From NCBI RefSeq assembly GCF_044704955.1, contig NC_092010.1, positions 39,308,001 to 39,372,000 on the forward strand: 64,000 nucleotides of DNA. Reading direction: 5' to 3'. Below the pieces are notes generated by a model. The model was not told the DNA's origin and did no database searches. It worked only from the letters and a program-made list of their open reading frames with translations. Positions 37,320 through 50,225 of the stretch are shown here, in pieces (position 1 is the stretch's first letter; each line of letters begins with the position of its first letter). Made by a program: the position numbers and the translations under genes. Source of the stretch: Pristiophorus japonicus (Eukaryota).

Positions 37320-37660
37320 AGAACATAAGAATTAGGAACAGGAGTCAGCCGTTCGGCCCCTCGAACCTGCTCCGCCATTTAATAAGATCATGGCTGATCT
37401 TCTACCTCAACTCCACTTTCCTGCACTATCTCCATATCCCTTGATTTCCCCTAGAGTCCAAAAATCTATCGATCTCAGCCTTGAATATTCTCAATGACTG
37501 AGCCTCCACAGCCCTCTGGGGCAGAGAATCCCAAGATTCACTACCCTCTGAGTGAAGAAGTTTCTCCTCATCTCAGTCCTAAATGGTCGACCCCTTATTC
37601 TGAGACTGTGACCCCTGGTTCTCCAGCCAGGGGGGACATCCTCTCAGCATCTACTTGGTC
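37320..37660 (-). mobile_element. CR1 LINE 3' tail
   Basis: Similarity to other CR1 tails. Confidence 0.85.
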
Positions 37661-38079
37661 AGATGCTGGTCAACAGGTCCACAGGTGTCCCCTGGGACCT
37701 CACCCAAGTGCCATTATGTGGGCCAGGCGATGCAACCACAACGCTGTGGGGGGAGGGGGCATTCTGGCTGAGACTCAGCCTTTCATTGTCTGACAGCTGC
37801 ACATCCACAGTTCCAGCAGAGGTCACTGGTGAGCAATCAGAAGTAGGAACCCGTGACCCATGACCACTCCCTAATGCTGGATGCTAAGGCCAATTGTAGC
37901 GCTCCTCACCCCTCTCCCTGCTGTGTGCAGCTAACTTCGCGCAGACCGAGGATCAAATCCGCGACCTTTCCAAAGTTGCTCTTCACGAGGGAGCCTCAAC
38001 GGTGAGTGTGGGCCGGCTATTTGACCATGGAGGGCACCACAGCGATGTCCGATCCTGTCCTCACCCTCCTCTGTACCCC

Positions 38080-38380
38080 ATCATCATGGGCGGTCCCTCG
38101 AAACGAGGATGATTTGCTTCCACGCCAAAAAAAAGGATGAGTTCACAGGTGTTTCAATGAAGGACCCGAACTACATCCTCGTGGGTGGAAGATGCCTGTG
38201 CATGGGTTTTTTTAACGTGGGGTGGCCGTTGCACACCAGCCACCACACGGGCTTGACCGAGCTAGATCTTGGTCCAGTGACGAGGGTTAACCAGGACGAT
38301 TGGAGACCAGCTCTGCTGCACGGACCTAGTGCGCACACATCCCTGGCCCCGAGCTCACGCCTCCCCTGGGCCCCGATCAC
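38080..38380 (-). mobile_element. RTE-tailed non-autonomous element
   Basis: catcatcatgggcggtccctcgaaacgaggatga tail plus the shared non-coding core. Confidence 0.8.
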
Positions 38381-39073
38381 GAACCAGGGGAACGCTGGAT
38401 AGTGATCAGCAATGGAAGCCCTGGGTTTTGAATTGCCCTTCCCCCAGCGTAGGGCACTGAGGCCAGTTGTCGTGTAGCGCAGACCAGTGATGGAACCTGG
38501 GGTCTACTTGGTGTGTTCGGCAAGGTCTAGGTGCAGCTGCGTCCTGACGCTATCGGGCACACACATCGTGCACTCTCCAGGACTGAGTGCGGCGATGGTA
38601 AAGTCATCCGAATTGCTGGGGGGAGATTCAGGGAGCTGCCAGGTTGGGGGCGACTCTTGCTTCGTTCCTCCAGCAAACCACCATTGAGTGGTTTGGATGG
38701 AGCTCGGGGAGCAGCTTCTATCCGGTCTGAGAGAATCCGGTTCATTTTATCTGATAACTGCTAAATCTGTCTTCAGTAGCCAATTGAGGGGAAGTTTATT
38801 GCCTCTTCCAGGAGATTACATGGCTGCAGGGTTGGTGGTTTGCTGGGGGTGCAGGGGGGGGAAGCGAAGGTGTTTATTCACGAAGCTCCGGCTATCATGA
38901 GTGTGGGGCAGACTTGACGGACCAGCTGGTATTTTCCCGCCCGTCAGTTTTGTATGTTCCTAAGATGTGTGTTTGTGGGGGCAGGGCTGAGGGGTGTATA
39001 ACTTGGGTGGGGGGGAGGGGGGAGAGAATTCCAATAACTCATTATGTAACCGGAGCACTGTTTCCTTTTTAAG

Positions 39074-39137
39074 ATCCCGGCTGAGCAAAGTAGTACGTCA
39101 ACTGGCCCAGTGACTTCACCGCCCTCTGTGACCACTG
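39074..39137 (+). CDS. NABP2: NABP2 coding exon 5 (S/T/P-rich tail)
   Basis: IPAEQSSTSTGPVTSPPSVTT; acceptor tttcctttttaag, donor G|gtaagt; phases 0 and 1 bridge exons 4 and 6. Confidence 0.85.
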
Positions 39138-39261
39138 GTAAGTACCTGCATTAAAGGACCAACAGTATTCCACACGACTGTCACCACCTATCCTGGAACA
39201 CGAGAAGAAATTCTATCATATGATGAGACGCAAATACATGAAATATTTTCCATTTGAGGTT

Positions 39262-39740
39262 TTGAGGCAGCGCCGCGCTGTCGGAGGGGCAGTGCTGAGG
39301 GAGCGCCGCGCTGTCGGAGGGGCAGTGCTGAGGGAGCGCCGCGCTGTCGGAGGGGCAGTGCTGAGGGAGCGCCGCGCTGTCGGAGGGGCAGTGCTGAGGG
39401 AGCGCCACACTGTCGGAGGGGCAGTGCTGAGGGAACGCCGCACTGTCGGAGGTGCCGTCTTTCAGATGAGATGTTATAAAAGATTGCATGGCACTATTTG
39501 GAAGAAGAGCAGGGGGGAGTTATCCCCGGTGTCCTGGGGCCAATATTTATCCCTCACAAACAGATTATCTGGTCATTATCACATTGCTGTTTGTGGGAGC
39601 TTGCTGTGTGCAAATTGGCTGCTGCGTTTCCTACATTACAGCAGGGACTACACTTTATTAAAAGTGCTTCATTGGCTGTGAAGCGCTTTGGGACGTCCTG
39701 AGGTAGTGAAAGGTGCTATATAAATGCAAGTCTTTCTTTC
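39262..39740 (+). mobile_element. 5'-truncated DeuSINE beginning with ~5-6 copies of the 33-bp unit
   Basis: Direct observation of unit gctgagggagcgccgcgctgtcggaggggcagt. Confidence 0.88.
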
Positions 39741-40184
39741 TAGCAGGCACTACAGGCATCACAACATTATTGCCGATTCCTGCACTTGTTGGCTCAGCTC
39801 ATCGACTTATTAACACACTGCTCTATGATGCTGGACACTACATAAAGTGATTCTGCTAAAATTTAATGCAAACTTCGTTAGTTTACTTGCAAGCGTTGTT
39901 CCCTCAACCAACATCACTAAAACAGATTATCTGGTCATTATCACATTGCTGTGTGTGGGAGCTTGCTGTGCGCAAATTGGGCTGCCGCGTTTCCAACAGT
40001 GACTACACTTCAAAAAGAGCTTCATTGGCTATAAAGTGCTTTGGGACGTCTTGAGGCCATGAAAGGCGCTATATAAATGCAAGTCTTTCTTTCCTCAGAT
40101 GCTTTCTTTACATTTCTGGCCTGGATTGGATTTCAGCTCAGACTGAGGAGGTGAAAGTCTGCTGGCTGTCTTGAAGTGTATTTT

Positions 40185-40570
40185 TTTATTCATTCTTGGG
40201 ATGTGGGCATCGCTGCGAAAGCAAGCCGTGACAACTGAGTGGCTTGCTCAGCCATTTCGGAGGGCAGTTAAGAGTGACATTGCTGTGGGTCTGGAGTCAC
40301 ATATCGGCCAGGCCGGGTAAGGGCGGCAGATTTCCTTAAAGGACATTAGTGAACCAGATGGTTTTTCTCACAATCATGCAACCAGCAGTCCTTTAGGAAA
40401 GGAAAGGTAGTTAAACGTCACCGTTACGAACTTTTGCTTAAAAAAAAATCTAGATTTATTTAATTAACTGAATTTAAATTCCCCAGCTGCCGTGGTGGGA
40501 TTTGAACTCGTGTCTCTGGATCATTAGTCCAGGTGTCTAGACTACTGGTCCAGGAACATACCACCATGCC
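40185..40570 (-). mobile_element. tRNA-derived SINE, homologue of 8295-8695
   Basis: Colinear similarity; B-box-like gagttcaaatccc on minus strand. Confidence 0.7.
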
Positions 40571-41666
40571 GGTTTTTGGACAGTTAATCTGGTTCCTAGT
40601 GGGTACTATGTTGGCAATCTCACTCAGACATGCCATAGAATAGCTGGTGTGGGAAAACGGAACAACGTCACCCAGGTGCAGTAGGGCTTGGGGCGCCGTC
40701 GTGTTGGGGGTTTTACTCTGCAGCTGCCTGTGCTACACCTAATTTGGGTGAACGAGGTTGAAAAAGGTCTTCCACTTCCGTTGCACTGATGTCCTTTTAC
40801 TTGAGCGCAAAATTCACCTGAGCAAATGCCCCTGCAGCTGACTGAACGCTCGCGCAGTTGACTGATGTGTGACTCTCTGTTTGAACTCTTGCGTAAAAGA
40901 GACCGAGTTGCAGGCAATGGGGAGAGGGTTCCCCAAGTGACGGATGTGACATGCTGGAGCTGTGCTGCTTGGATCCTGTGTGGACTTATTGTGGATTAAT
41001 GCAGAACATTGAGGTCCAGCAGCAGGCTTTTGTGTTCCTGGCACAACCCTCAAGGCCCCAGCCAGCCACGCTTGTGTCGCTGCCCTGACAGAGGGCTGGC
41101 AGCCTGGGCACAGCTGTGCTCTAGAGTGTGGGCCTTGGCATGGAGTAAGCTGGCTTCTGGCCCAGTGGCTTTGCCTTGGAACAAGACCAAGATGTGCACT
41201 TTCTTGCTCTAGAGACTCCTGATACTGGATACAAGACGTTCCAGTCCCTGCTCCTGACAGCCCTCGCCTTGCTGAACAAAAAAAAATGTCTATTGGATTG
41301 TATAATTGCTGGCGTTCACCAACTTTATGTATTAACTGGGTATCCACGTGCTGTTTGCTGAGCACTAAGTGATGATAGAGGCAGCTTTTGACTTGGGCTC
41401 CACTTAGTCCTTGTACCGACCTATGCCAAGGAGGGAGGCACTCCGCAGGAAGGAGGGCGGAGGACCTTTGGCGGATTTTGGGCAGTCGCCATGAGGTGCC
41501 AAGTCTGTGCCATTGGTGGCAGCCATGGGACCAAACGGGAGTGCCTACGTCGCTCGGGGGCAGGTAGCTAGGGGCGGGGGAGAGGAGAATGTTGCCCAAA
41601 TAGCCCATAAAGGGAACTCTTCTCAATCGGGATGCTGTTGTCATTCGGTTTTGTTCCTTGTTCCAG

Positions 41667-41872
41667 TCGCTCCAGGTAACGACAGTCTGAATGCTGCTGG
41701 CTCAGGTGGAGCGTCCCCGGGCAACACGAATCACCAGCCGCCGCCACCAGCAGGTGGAAGAGGCAATGGACGCGGCCCAGGAACTAACCAGGCAGCGGCC
41801 ACATCCGGCTCCACCCCGGCAACCACCACCCTTAGCAACGGAAGGGATCCACGGCGGGTACCGAAGCGATGA
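41667..41872 (+). CDS. NABP2: NABP2 last coding exon (total CDS 645 nt, 214 aa)
   Basis: (V)APGNDSLNAAGSGG...GRGNGRG...TTTLSNGRDPRRVPKR*; conserved SNG(R/K)xxRRxxKR end; acceptor ttgttccttgttccag. Confidence 0.9.
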
Positions 41873-44125
41873 TTTTCTGAACTTTTAATTTTTCATTTTC
41901 TTTTTTAAAATTCCCTTTTTGATAACCTGTAGCAGCAGTATCAAAGTCCTATTGTTTTTAACAAACTCCATCTCATCCTTCACCCCCTGGGCTCCTTCAG
42001 ATTGGCATTGGAAGCAAGGCAGTTGGCAAGATGACTCAATCCTCCAACCGCCCCCTCCCCGATCATCTTGTTTGATGGGGCCTATCTGGGTAATCATGTC
42101 CCTTTTAAAATACTTTCACAGTGGTTAATGCATCTTGACAATTTGAAGGCGTTTGGTCCAAATCCGAGGAATGCAGCTTTCATGGGGCCCTGTCCTGGGG
42201 GTTGATGCTGAATATGACTGATCCCAAATGGTGAGGGGCATTGTGTGGCGGGGCTGAGGCGCCCTGGCGTCCTCGCACTTTCTCAACGCTCTCCTGTACC
42301 GACACGACCAAATCAACCGCAAGATGGGGCTGGGGACCGACACCGATTTGAAGGTGGGTTGGCTTCCTCCCTGCCACACGGTATGTAATTAGACAGCACC
42401 TTGCCCATTCAACCGTGCAACCAGCCCGTGACTGGATCAAATCTGCTTTTTGTATCAGCTGAATTTCTGCCTCTTAATAACTTAGACTGGGAGATCCACG
42501 TCCATTTTGTGGTGTCTTGGTCCTCTCTCATTTATTTGGGAACAGGCATTTTGTGCACCATTTCCGCCTCCCCCCCCTCCCCATTCCCCTCCCATAATGT
42601 AAGATTTACAATGTCACTGCCAACGGAATTTGACACGTAGCTGCCCCCCTTCCCCCATGAAATTTATTAGTATTTCGGTAAATCCTGTCACTGTTGGGTG
42701 TGTGAGAAGATTCCTTTTGTGTTTTTCTCTCCTGTCGGTGTTGTACCCTTGCTTGGGGTACGGTCGCACCCTTCAATGCCTCCCCCAAGCGCCAATTCGT
42801 CACGTGTGAGCCTTAATGGTGAATTTTGGCAGGCTATTTGATTGCAGGGTGCATCACATCTGAGCTCGATCCTCCCAATGTTCACACACAAAGACACTTG
42901 TCGTCTCCCACTCTCTCGTATACTCTCACACTCAGGAGCAAGCACCCTGGGCAATTTCCGCACCACCCTCACCCTTCCCTTTCTCTGTCTTACCTAGGTG
43001 TGGCCGCTATTTTTAGCCATTGGCTCTGCCACCTCGGCACAGCCTGGGAATCAACCTTGGCACTCGCCTGCGGTGTGTGGCACAGCTACCCACAAAGGCA
43101 CCATGGAACCTCTTTCTCTTTTTCTGTAGGGATGTGCCCAGCCTCCACTTGGCAACTGCTCACAACGAAATGGGCCAAATCAGAAGGTCACCACATGGAC
43201 AATCTCGGGTGCAGACCTCTGGTTGCAGGATTCCTGAGAAAGACCCTTGAGCGAGATACTGTCTGGGACCTCGACAAAAAGAAAGTAACAGCCCCAAGTA
43301 TCCTCAGCTGCTATCTCATTGCCCTTTTCATTCCCCTTTCAGCACAACTCTTCCTCCACATTCAGTGTATAACAGTACATTTAAGGCATAGCAGATATCT
43401 TGAGTCAGGCAGTCATTTAATCTCCGAATTCTGATATTTGTAACTCTTGAGTTGCACTCTTGTGCTTTCAGACATTCCAGGCGCAGCGTGGTTGAATTGT
43501 TACCTTGGAACTCATTTCCAGCTAAGTCTTGAACTATCTGTAATTTGGGCTGTATTTAAACATTTTGGGTTTAAATGCCTCGTCCCAACTGCTGCGGGCG
43601 GTTTTAATTTGTACTTTTGTTATCCAGCGTGGATTGAAGTGAAGTCGGTGTTTGAACCTGCAACACGGCTTTGGCAGCAGCCTAGTGTAAGTGGTTTGTG
43701 AATCCCCAGAACTGCCTGGCACCAATATTTCAAAACAATTTCTGTGTGTGTGAGTGTATATAAAAATACTAGTTTTAAAGTAAGTGAAGTGCTTTGAAAG
43801 GACTAGTCCCAGCAGGTGTGGGAGTAGGTTCACGTACCTCGCTGAAGCCTGACAGTCCAGTCCATTTCAGACCGTGATTTGGACGGGGGAAGAGGAGGTG
43901 AACTCCAAGCACACTCTTAACTTATTTTATTGAGGGTTAGTGGGATAACGTGACTCGAAGACCGAGTCGAGCAATACTCCTCATCCCTTCACCTTCCCGC
44001 CTTTCTGTTACACATTTATACAACACCTCTGGGTTTAATCTCTCTCAATCTTTGTTGTAAATAATAGTATAAAATCCCCTCGTCATTTTTTATTAAAGTT
44101 GTTACCAGTCAGTACAAGATGAGCC
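41873..44125 (+). other. NABP2: Probable long 3' UTR of NABP2
   Basis: 2.2 kb free of recognisable repeats; TGTA(T/A)ATA at 43755 and 44056; ATTAAA at 44092 followed by G/T-rich sequence. Confidence 0.55.
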
Positions 44126-44166
44126 AAAAATTGGGTTGCTTTTTTTAAAAAAAAAATGTCTTTATC

Positions 44167-44625
44167 GGTCAGCTGTGACTCAGTGGGCAGCACTCTCACC
44201 TCTTGAGTCAGAAAGCTGTGGGTTCAAGTCCCACTCCAGGGAATTGAGCACAAAAATCTAGGCTGACACTCCAGTGCAGTGCTACACTGTCGGAGGTACC
44301 GTCTTTCAGATGAGATGTTAAACAGAGGCCCTGTCTGCCCCCTCAGGCGGGCATAAAAGATCCCACGGCACTATTTCAAAGAAGAGCAGGGGAGTTATTT
44401 ATCCCCAATGTTCTGGCCAATATTTATCCCTCGACCAACATCACTTTATAAAAAAAACAGATTATCTGGTCATAATCACATTGCTATTTGTGGGAGCTTG
44501 CTGTGCGCAAATTGGCTGCTGTGTTTCCTACATTACAACAGTGACTACACTCCAAAACTACTTCATTGGCTGTAAAGCGCTTTGGGACGTCGTGAAAGGC
44601 GCTATATAAATGCAAGTCTTTTCTA
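44167..44625 (+). mobile_element. Full-length DeuSINE (SacSINE1-like)
   Basis: Head, Deu core, tail. Confidence 0.88.
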
Positions 44626-45689
44626 TCTTTTTTCCCCCTCCCCCTCCTCCTTTGTGACGGGGTGGGGGGGGGTGGATTGGAGTAGCGGGGAACTTGGTGG
44701 GGGTGGGTGAGGCGTTGTCTTATCACTGTTGCAATTATCATCAAGTTTCGATGTCGCTGTGTTTCATTCGGGGGCGAGTAAATCAAAGTAATGGCAGGTA
44801 TGTTTCCTAACTCTGCAAATGTTTTTTAGTAAACTTGTCGAGACCTCCCTCCTGCCCAGCTCCCAGTATATCGTTGTCTGTGTGCCATCGTGTATGTTTT
44901 CCATTTTCAGTACTTGCATTCTGTCGCTGAACACGTCCTTTCCATACACTTTATTTTTAAGTGCCAACAGTGGAGACATCTTTACATAAGCCAGTATACA
45001 ACGCTGGCCTCCGAGCCACGGCATCTAATCAGTTATTGATCATCGAGACCATCTTTTGTAGTAACTACACACAGAATGCCGTGCAATCTATCATTTTAAT
45101 GGATTTGTGGATTTTAATGGACTGTCCTGGGGTCAATATTTATCCCTCAACCAACATCACTAAAACAGATGATCTGGTCATTATCACAATCGCTGTGTGT
45201 GGGAGCTTGCTGTGCACAAATTCACTGCCACGTTTCCTACATTACAACAGTGACTACACTCCAAAAGTGCTTCATTGGCTGTAAAGTGCTTTGGACGTCC
45301 TGAGGTAGTGAAAGGCGCTATATAAATGCATGTCTTTTCTTTTTCCAGTGCTGGATAAGGATGTTACGCTGGTAGTGGATACATTTGAAAGAATTTGGGG
45401 TTCTAGCATCAACACCAGTTCCACCAGAAACTACAGCTTCAAGGCCACTTTTTAGATTTTGTCAGAAAATGGAGAATGTTTTTTTAAAAACTCTCATTTC
45501 CTCCCTTAGGCAACCCCTGACATTGGAGCAATGTAGCCAAGTCCAGTCCTATCCTCCCTTGACAGCCACACGCACGCACATAGTTGCCAGCAGTACAGTC
45601 ACTGGCTGACTTCTCTTTTCCCTAAACCCCCCCCCCTCCCCCCCCCCGGATCACTGAGGGCAATTGCAGCCCCTCTACTGCCACATCAG

Positions 45690-48480
45690 TGCTAAATGGT
45701 ATATACTTCAATGCAAGGAGTATAGGGAATAAGGCAGGTGAGCTGAGAGCACATATAGACACATGGGAGTATGACATTATAACTATTACTGAGACATGGC
45801 TGAAAGAAGGGCAGGTATGGCAGCTCAACATTCCTGGCTACAGGGTTTTCAGATGGGATAGAGAGGGGGGGAGAAAAGGAGGGGAGGGTCGTAGTATTGA
45901 TTAAAGATACAATTACAGCTGTGAGGAGGGATGATATGTTAGAGGGATCATCAAATGAGGCCATATAGGTCAAATTAAAGAACAAAAAAGGGGCGATCAC
46001 ACTACTGGGAGTATACTATAGACCCCCAAACAGAGGGAGATAGAAGAGCAAATATGTAGGCAAATTTCTGAAAAGTGCAAAAACTATAGGGCGGTAATAG
46101 TTGGGGATTTCAACTACCCTAATATTAACTAGGATAAAATTAGTGTGAAAGGTATAGAGGGTGCAGAATTCCTAAAATGCATTCAGGAGAACCTTTTTAG
46201 CCAGTATGTAGCAAGCCCAACAAGGGAGGAGGCGGTTTTGGATTTAATTCTAGGGAATGAAGGTGGACAGGTGGAAGGGGTGTATCAGTGGGAGAGCATT
46301 TAGGTGCTAGTGATCATAATTCAGTTAGATTTAGGGTAGTTATGGAAAAGGAGAATGATAGACCAGGAATAAAAGTTCTCAATTGGGGAAACGCCAATTT
46401 TGATGAGCTGAAATGTGATTTAGCCATAGTGAACTGGAAACAGCTACTTGAACGTAAATCAGTGTCGGAACAGTGAGAGGAGATCCGGAGGGTTCAGAAC
46501 AAGTGTGTTCCTTAAAGAAAAAGGGTGGGACAAACAAATCTAGAGCCCCCTGGATGTCAAGGAACATACCCAGGGTAGGATAAAGGAAAAAAAGGGAGGC
46601 TTATGACAGATACCGAGGACTAAATACTGCAGGAACCCTATATAGAAAGTGCAGGGGTGAAATTAAAAAGGAAATTAGGAAAGTAAAGAAGGAGCATGAA
46701 AAAATATTGGCAAGTAAAATCAAGGAAAACCCAAAGATGTTTTATAAATACATTAAGAGCAAGAAGATAACTAGAGAAAGAGTGGGGGCTATTAGAGACC
46801 ATAAAGGAAATCTGTGTGTGGAGGCGGAAGACGCGGGTTGGATTCTTAATGAATACTTTGTATCCGTTTTCACAAAACGGAGGGGCGATGCAGACTTTGC
46901 AATCAGGGAGGAGGTGTGTGAAATATTAGATGAAATAAACACAGTGAGACAGGGAGTATTAAAGGGTTTAGCAGCTTTGAAAGTGGATAAATCCCCAGGC
47001 CTGGATGAAATGTATTCTAGGCTGTTAAGAGAAGCAAAAGAGGAAATAGCAGAGGCTTTGACCATCATTTTCCAATCCTCTCTGGCTACAGGTGCGGTGC
47101 CTGAGGACTGCTAACGTGGTACCTTTGTTTAAAAAGGGAGAATAGGATAGACCGAGTAATTGCAGGCCAGTCAGCCTAACCTCAGTGCTGGGAAAATGAT
47201 TGGAAAATATTCCGAGGGACAGGATAAATCTTCATTTAGAAAGACACAGATTAATCAAGGACAGTCAGCATGGATTTACTACGGGAAGGTTGTGTCTGAC
47301 TAACTTAATTGAATTTTTTGAGGAGGTAACACAGAGGGTAGTATGTTTGATGTAGTGTATATGGATTTCAGCAATGCTTTTGATAAGGTCCCACATGGCA
47401 GACTGGTCACGAAAGTAAAAGCCCATGGGATCCAGGGTAAAGTGGCAAGTTGGATCCAAAATTGGCTCAGAGGCAGGAAGCAAAGGGTAATGGTTGAAGG
47501 GTGTTTTTGTGACTGGAGGAATGTTTCTAGTGGGGTTCTGCCGCACTCTGTGCTAGGTCCCTTGCTTTTTGTGGTATATATTAATGATTTAAACTTTAAT
47601 GTCGGGGGTATGATTAACAAGATTGCAGATGATACTAAAATCGTCTGTGTGGTTGATAATGAAGAAGCTGTAGACTGCAGGAAGATATCAATGTATTGGT
47701 CAGGTGGGCAGAACAGTGGCAAATGGAATTCAATCCAGAGAAGTGTGAGGTAGTGCATTTGGGGAGGGCTAACAAGGAAAGGGAATACACATTAAATGGT
47801 AGGACACTGAGAAGTGTAGAGGAACAAAGGGACCTTGGAGTGCAGGACCACAGATTCCTGAAGGTAGCAGGCCAGGTGGATAAAGTGGTAAGGAAGGCAA
47901 AAGGAATACTTGCTTTTATTAGTCGAGGCATAGAAAACAAGAGTAGGGAGGTTATGCTTGAACTGTAGTTACACTAGTTAGGCCACAGCTGGAGTACTGT
48001 GTGCAGTTCTGGTCACCATATTACAGGAAAGATGTGATTGCACTGGAGAGGACAGATTGGATAGGCTGTGTTTCTTTTCTTTGGAACAGAGGAGGCCGAG
48101 AGGAGATCTTATTGAGGAGTATAAAATTGAGGGGCGTAGATAGAGTGGATAGGACCTATCTATTTCCCTTAGCAGAGGGGTCAACAACCAGGGGGAATAA
48201 AGTAATTTTAAAGTAATGGGTAGAAGGTTTAGAGGGGACTTGAGGGGAAATGTCTTCACCCAGAGGGTGGTGGGGGTCTGGAACTCACGGCCTGAAAGGG
48301 TGGTAGAGGCAGAAACCCTCACCACATTTAAAAAGTACCTGGATGTGCACTTGAAGTGCCGTAACCTACAGGGCTACGGACCGAGAGCTGGAAAGTGGGA
48401 TTAGGCTGGTGAGCTCTTGGTCGGCCGGCGCGGATACGATGGGCCGAATGGCCGCCTTCCGTGCTGTAAATTTCTAAGAT
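45690..48480 (+). mobile_element. CR1 LINE with near-complete but frameshifted ORF2 (APE endonuclease + RT) and 3' tail
   Basis: YFNARS/ITETWL, GDFNYP, LGASDHN, KSPGLDEM, YMDFSNAFDKVPH, SVLGPLLFVVYINDL, KIADDTKI. Confidence 0.95.
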
Positions 48481-49399
48481 TCAGTTGAGATAAGTTAACA
48501 GCACAGACGGGGATCTGAACCTGGAATCTTCCTAATCCATCTGCCTCAGTACCAGGCAGTGCATTCACCCACTGAGCCAGCAGGATCTTTTTTTTTTTGT
48601 TGGTTTTATTTGTTCGTTTAGGAATTGCCAAACGAGTAAGATAGTCAGTTGCTGCACTGTGGCCCCAGTGGAAGAACCAACTGCAGGCGTGACTCATCGG
48701 TGCCACTCAGTGGTGACAATCTGATACTGCACCAGTGTCATGTTTCACAGTAAACTTTTAAGTTCAAAAGAGGATTTTCTGCTGGTCAGAACAGTGGGAT
48801 TTGTAACCTCTTGGTTGACGGCTAACATATACCCTAGAGATGAAGACTTTCACTACTTTTAAAAGTTGCTTAATTTTTCTTAAATTATTGTTGGCACTCA
48901 GCAATAATGTCAATGTGTATTAACAAGCGGACATGGACGAGGACTGCAATTATTGAAGGACTATCACTTGCCTTTGTGGACTGTATACACCTCACTATGT
49001 TGCAACATACCAATTTGCCACAACTACTGTTAATAAATGCTTCCTTTGAACTTTTGTGGGTTTTTTTATTTCATCGAATTACTATTTTTTTTTAAAAAGT
49101 GAGGACAGGTAAAAGGCATGGCTGACTGGAGCCAGCATTTGACTCCCAACATTTATCTCTGGCATCCGTTTCTGGGACACTCACAGCGTCCGCTGGGGCT
49201 CAGTGTCGTTTGTGGGAGCTTGCTGTGCGCGAATTGGCTGCCGCGTTTCCCATATTAACAACAGTACTTAATTGGCTGTAAAGCGCTTTGGGACGTCAGG
49301 TGGTCGTGAAAGGCGCTATAGAAATGCAAGTCGATCTCTGGTTAATGAAAGACTAAAAGGAAGAAAAGTGCAAAAGCAAGGCTTTCGGGAGGGGGATTG

Positions 49400-50225
49400 A
49401 GCCAAATATTGGCCCCAGGACACCTAGGAGAACTCCCCATGCTCTTTGAAATAGTGTCGTGGGATCTTTTACTTCCACCTGAGAGGGCAGAACGTCTCGG
49501 TTTAACGTCTGACGAAAAACGGCACCTCCAACAGTGCAGCACTCCCTCAGTACTGCCCTTCCGATAATTCGGTGCTCTCTCAGTACTGCCCCTCGGACAG
49601 TGCGCTGCTCTCTCAGTACTGCCCCTCCGACAGTGCGCCGCTCCCTCAGTACTGCCCCTCGGACAGTGCGGCGCTCTCTCAGTACTGCCCCTCCGACAGT
49701 GCTGCGCTCCCTCAGTACTGCCCCTCCGACAGTGTAGCGCTCCCTCAGTACTGCCCCTCCGACAGTGTAGCGCTCCCTCAGTACTGCCCCTCGGACAGTG
49801 CGGCGCTCTCTCAGTACTGCCCCTCCGACAGTGCTGTGCTCTCTCAGTACTGCCTCTTGGACAGTGCGGTGCTCCCTCAGTACTGCCCCTCCGACAGTGT
49901 AGCGCTCCCTCAGTACTGCCCCTCCGACAGTGTAGCGCTCCCTCAGTACTGCCCCTCCGACAGTGTAGCGCTCCCTCAGTACTGCCCCTCCGACAGTGTG
50001 GTGCTCTCTCCGTACTGCCCGTCCGACAGTGCGGCGCTCTCTAAGTATTGGCCCTCCGACAGTACGGCGCTTCCTCAGTACTGCCCCTCCCACAGTGCAG
50101 AGCTCCCTCAGTGCTGCATTGGAGTGTCAGCCTAGATTTTTATGCTCAAATCTCTCGAGTGGGATTTGAACCCACAACCTTTTGACTCCGAGGGAAGAAT
50201 GCTACCGATTGAGCCACGGCTAACA
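49400..50225 (-). mobile_element. DeuSINE with ~18 tandem copies of the 33-bp unit (49525-50115)
   Basis: Unit cagtactgcccctccgacagtgcggcgctccct; SINE head at ~50220. Confidence 0.92.

Noticed and set aside
40814-41644. 276-aa antisense ORF in NABP2 intron 5
   Set aside because: No recognisable domain or exon structure; likely chance in GC-balanced sequence
44167-44240. tRNA gene-like A/B boxes
   Set aside because: SINE head continuing into the Deu core; many copies; no proper cloverleaf or terminator
49353-50135. 246-aa and 187-aa repeat proteins
   Set aside because: Translations of a 33-bp SINE minisatellite
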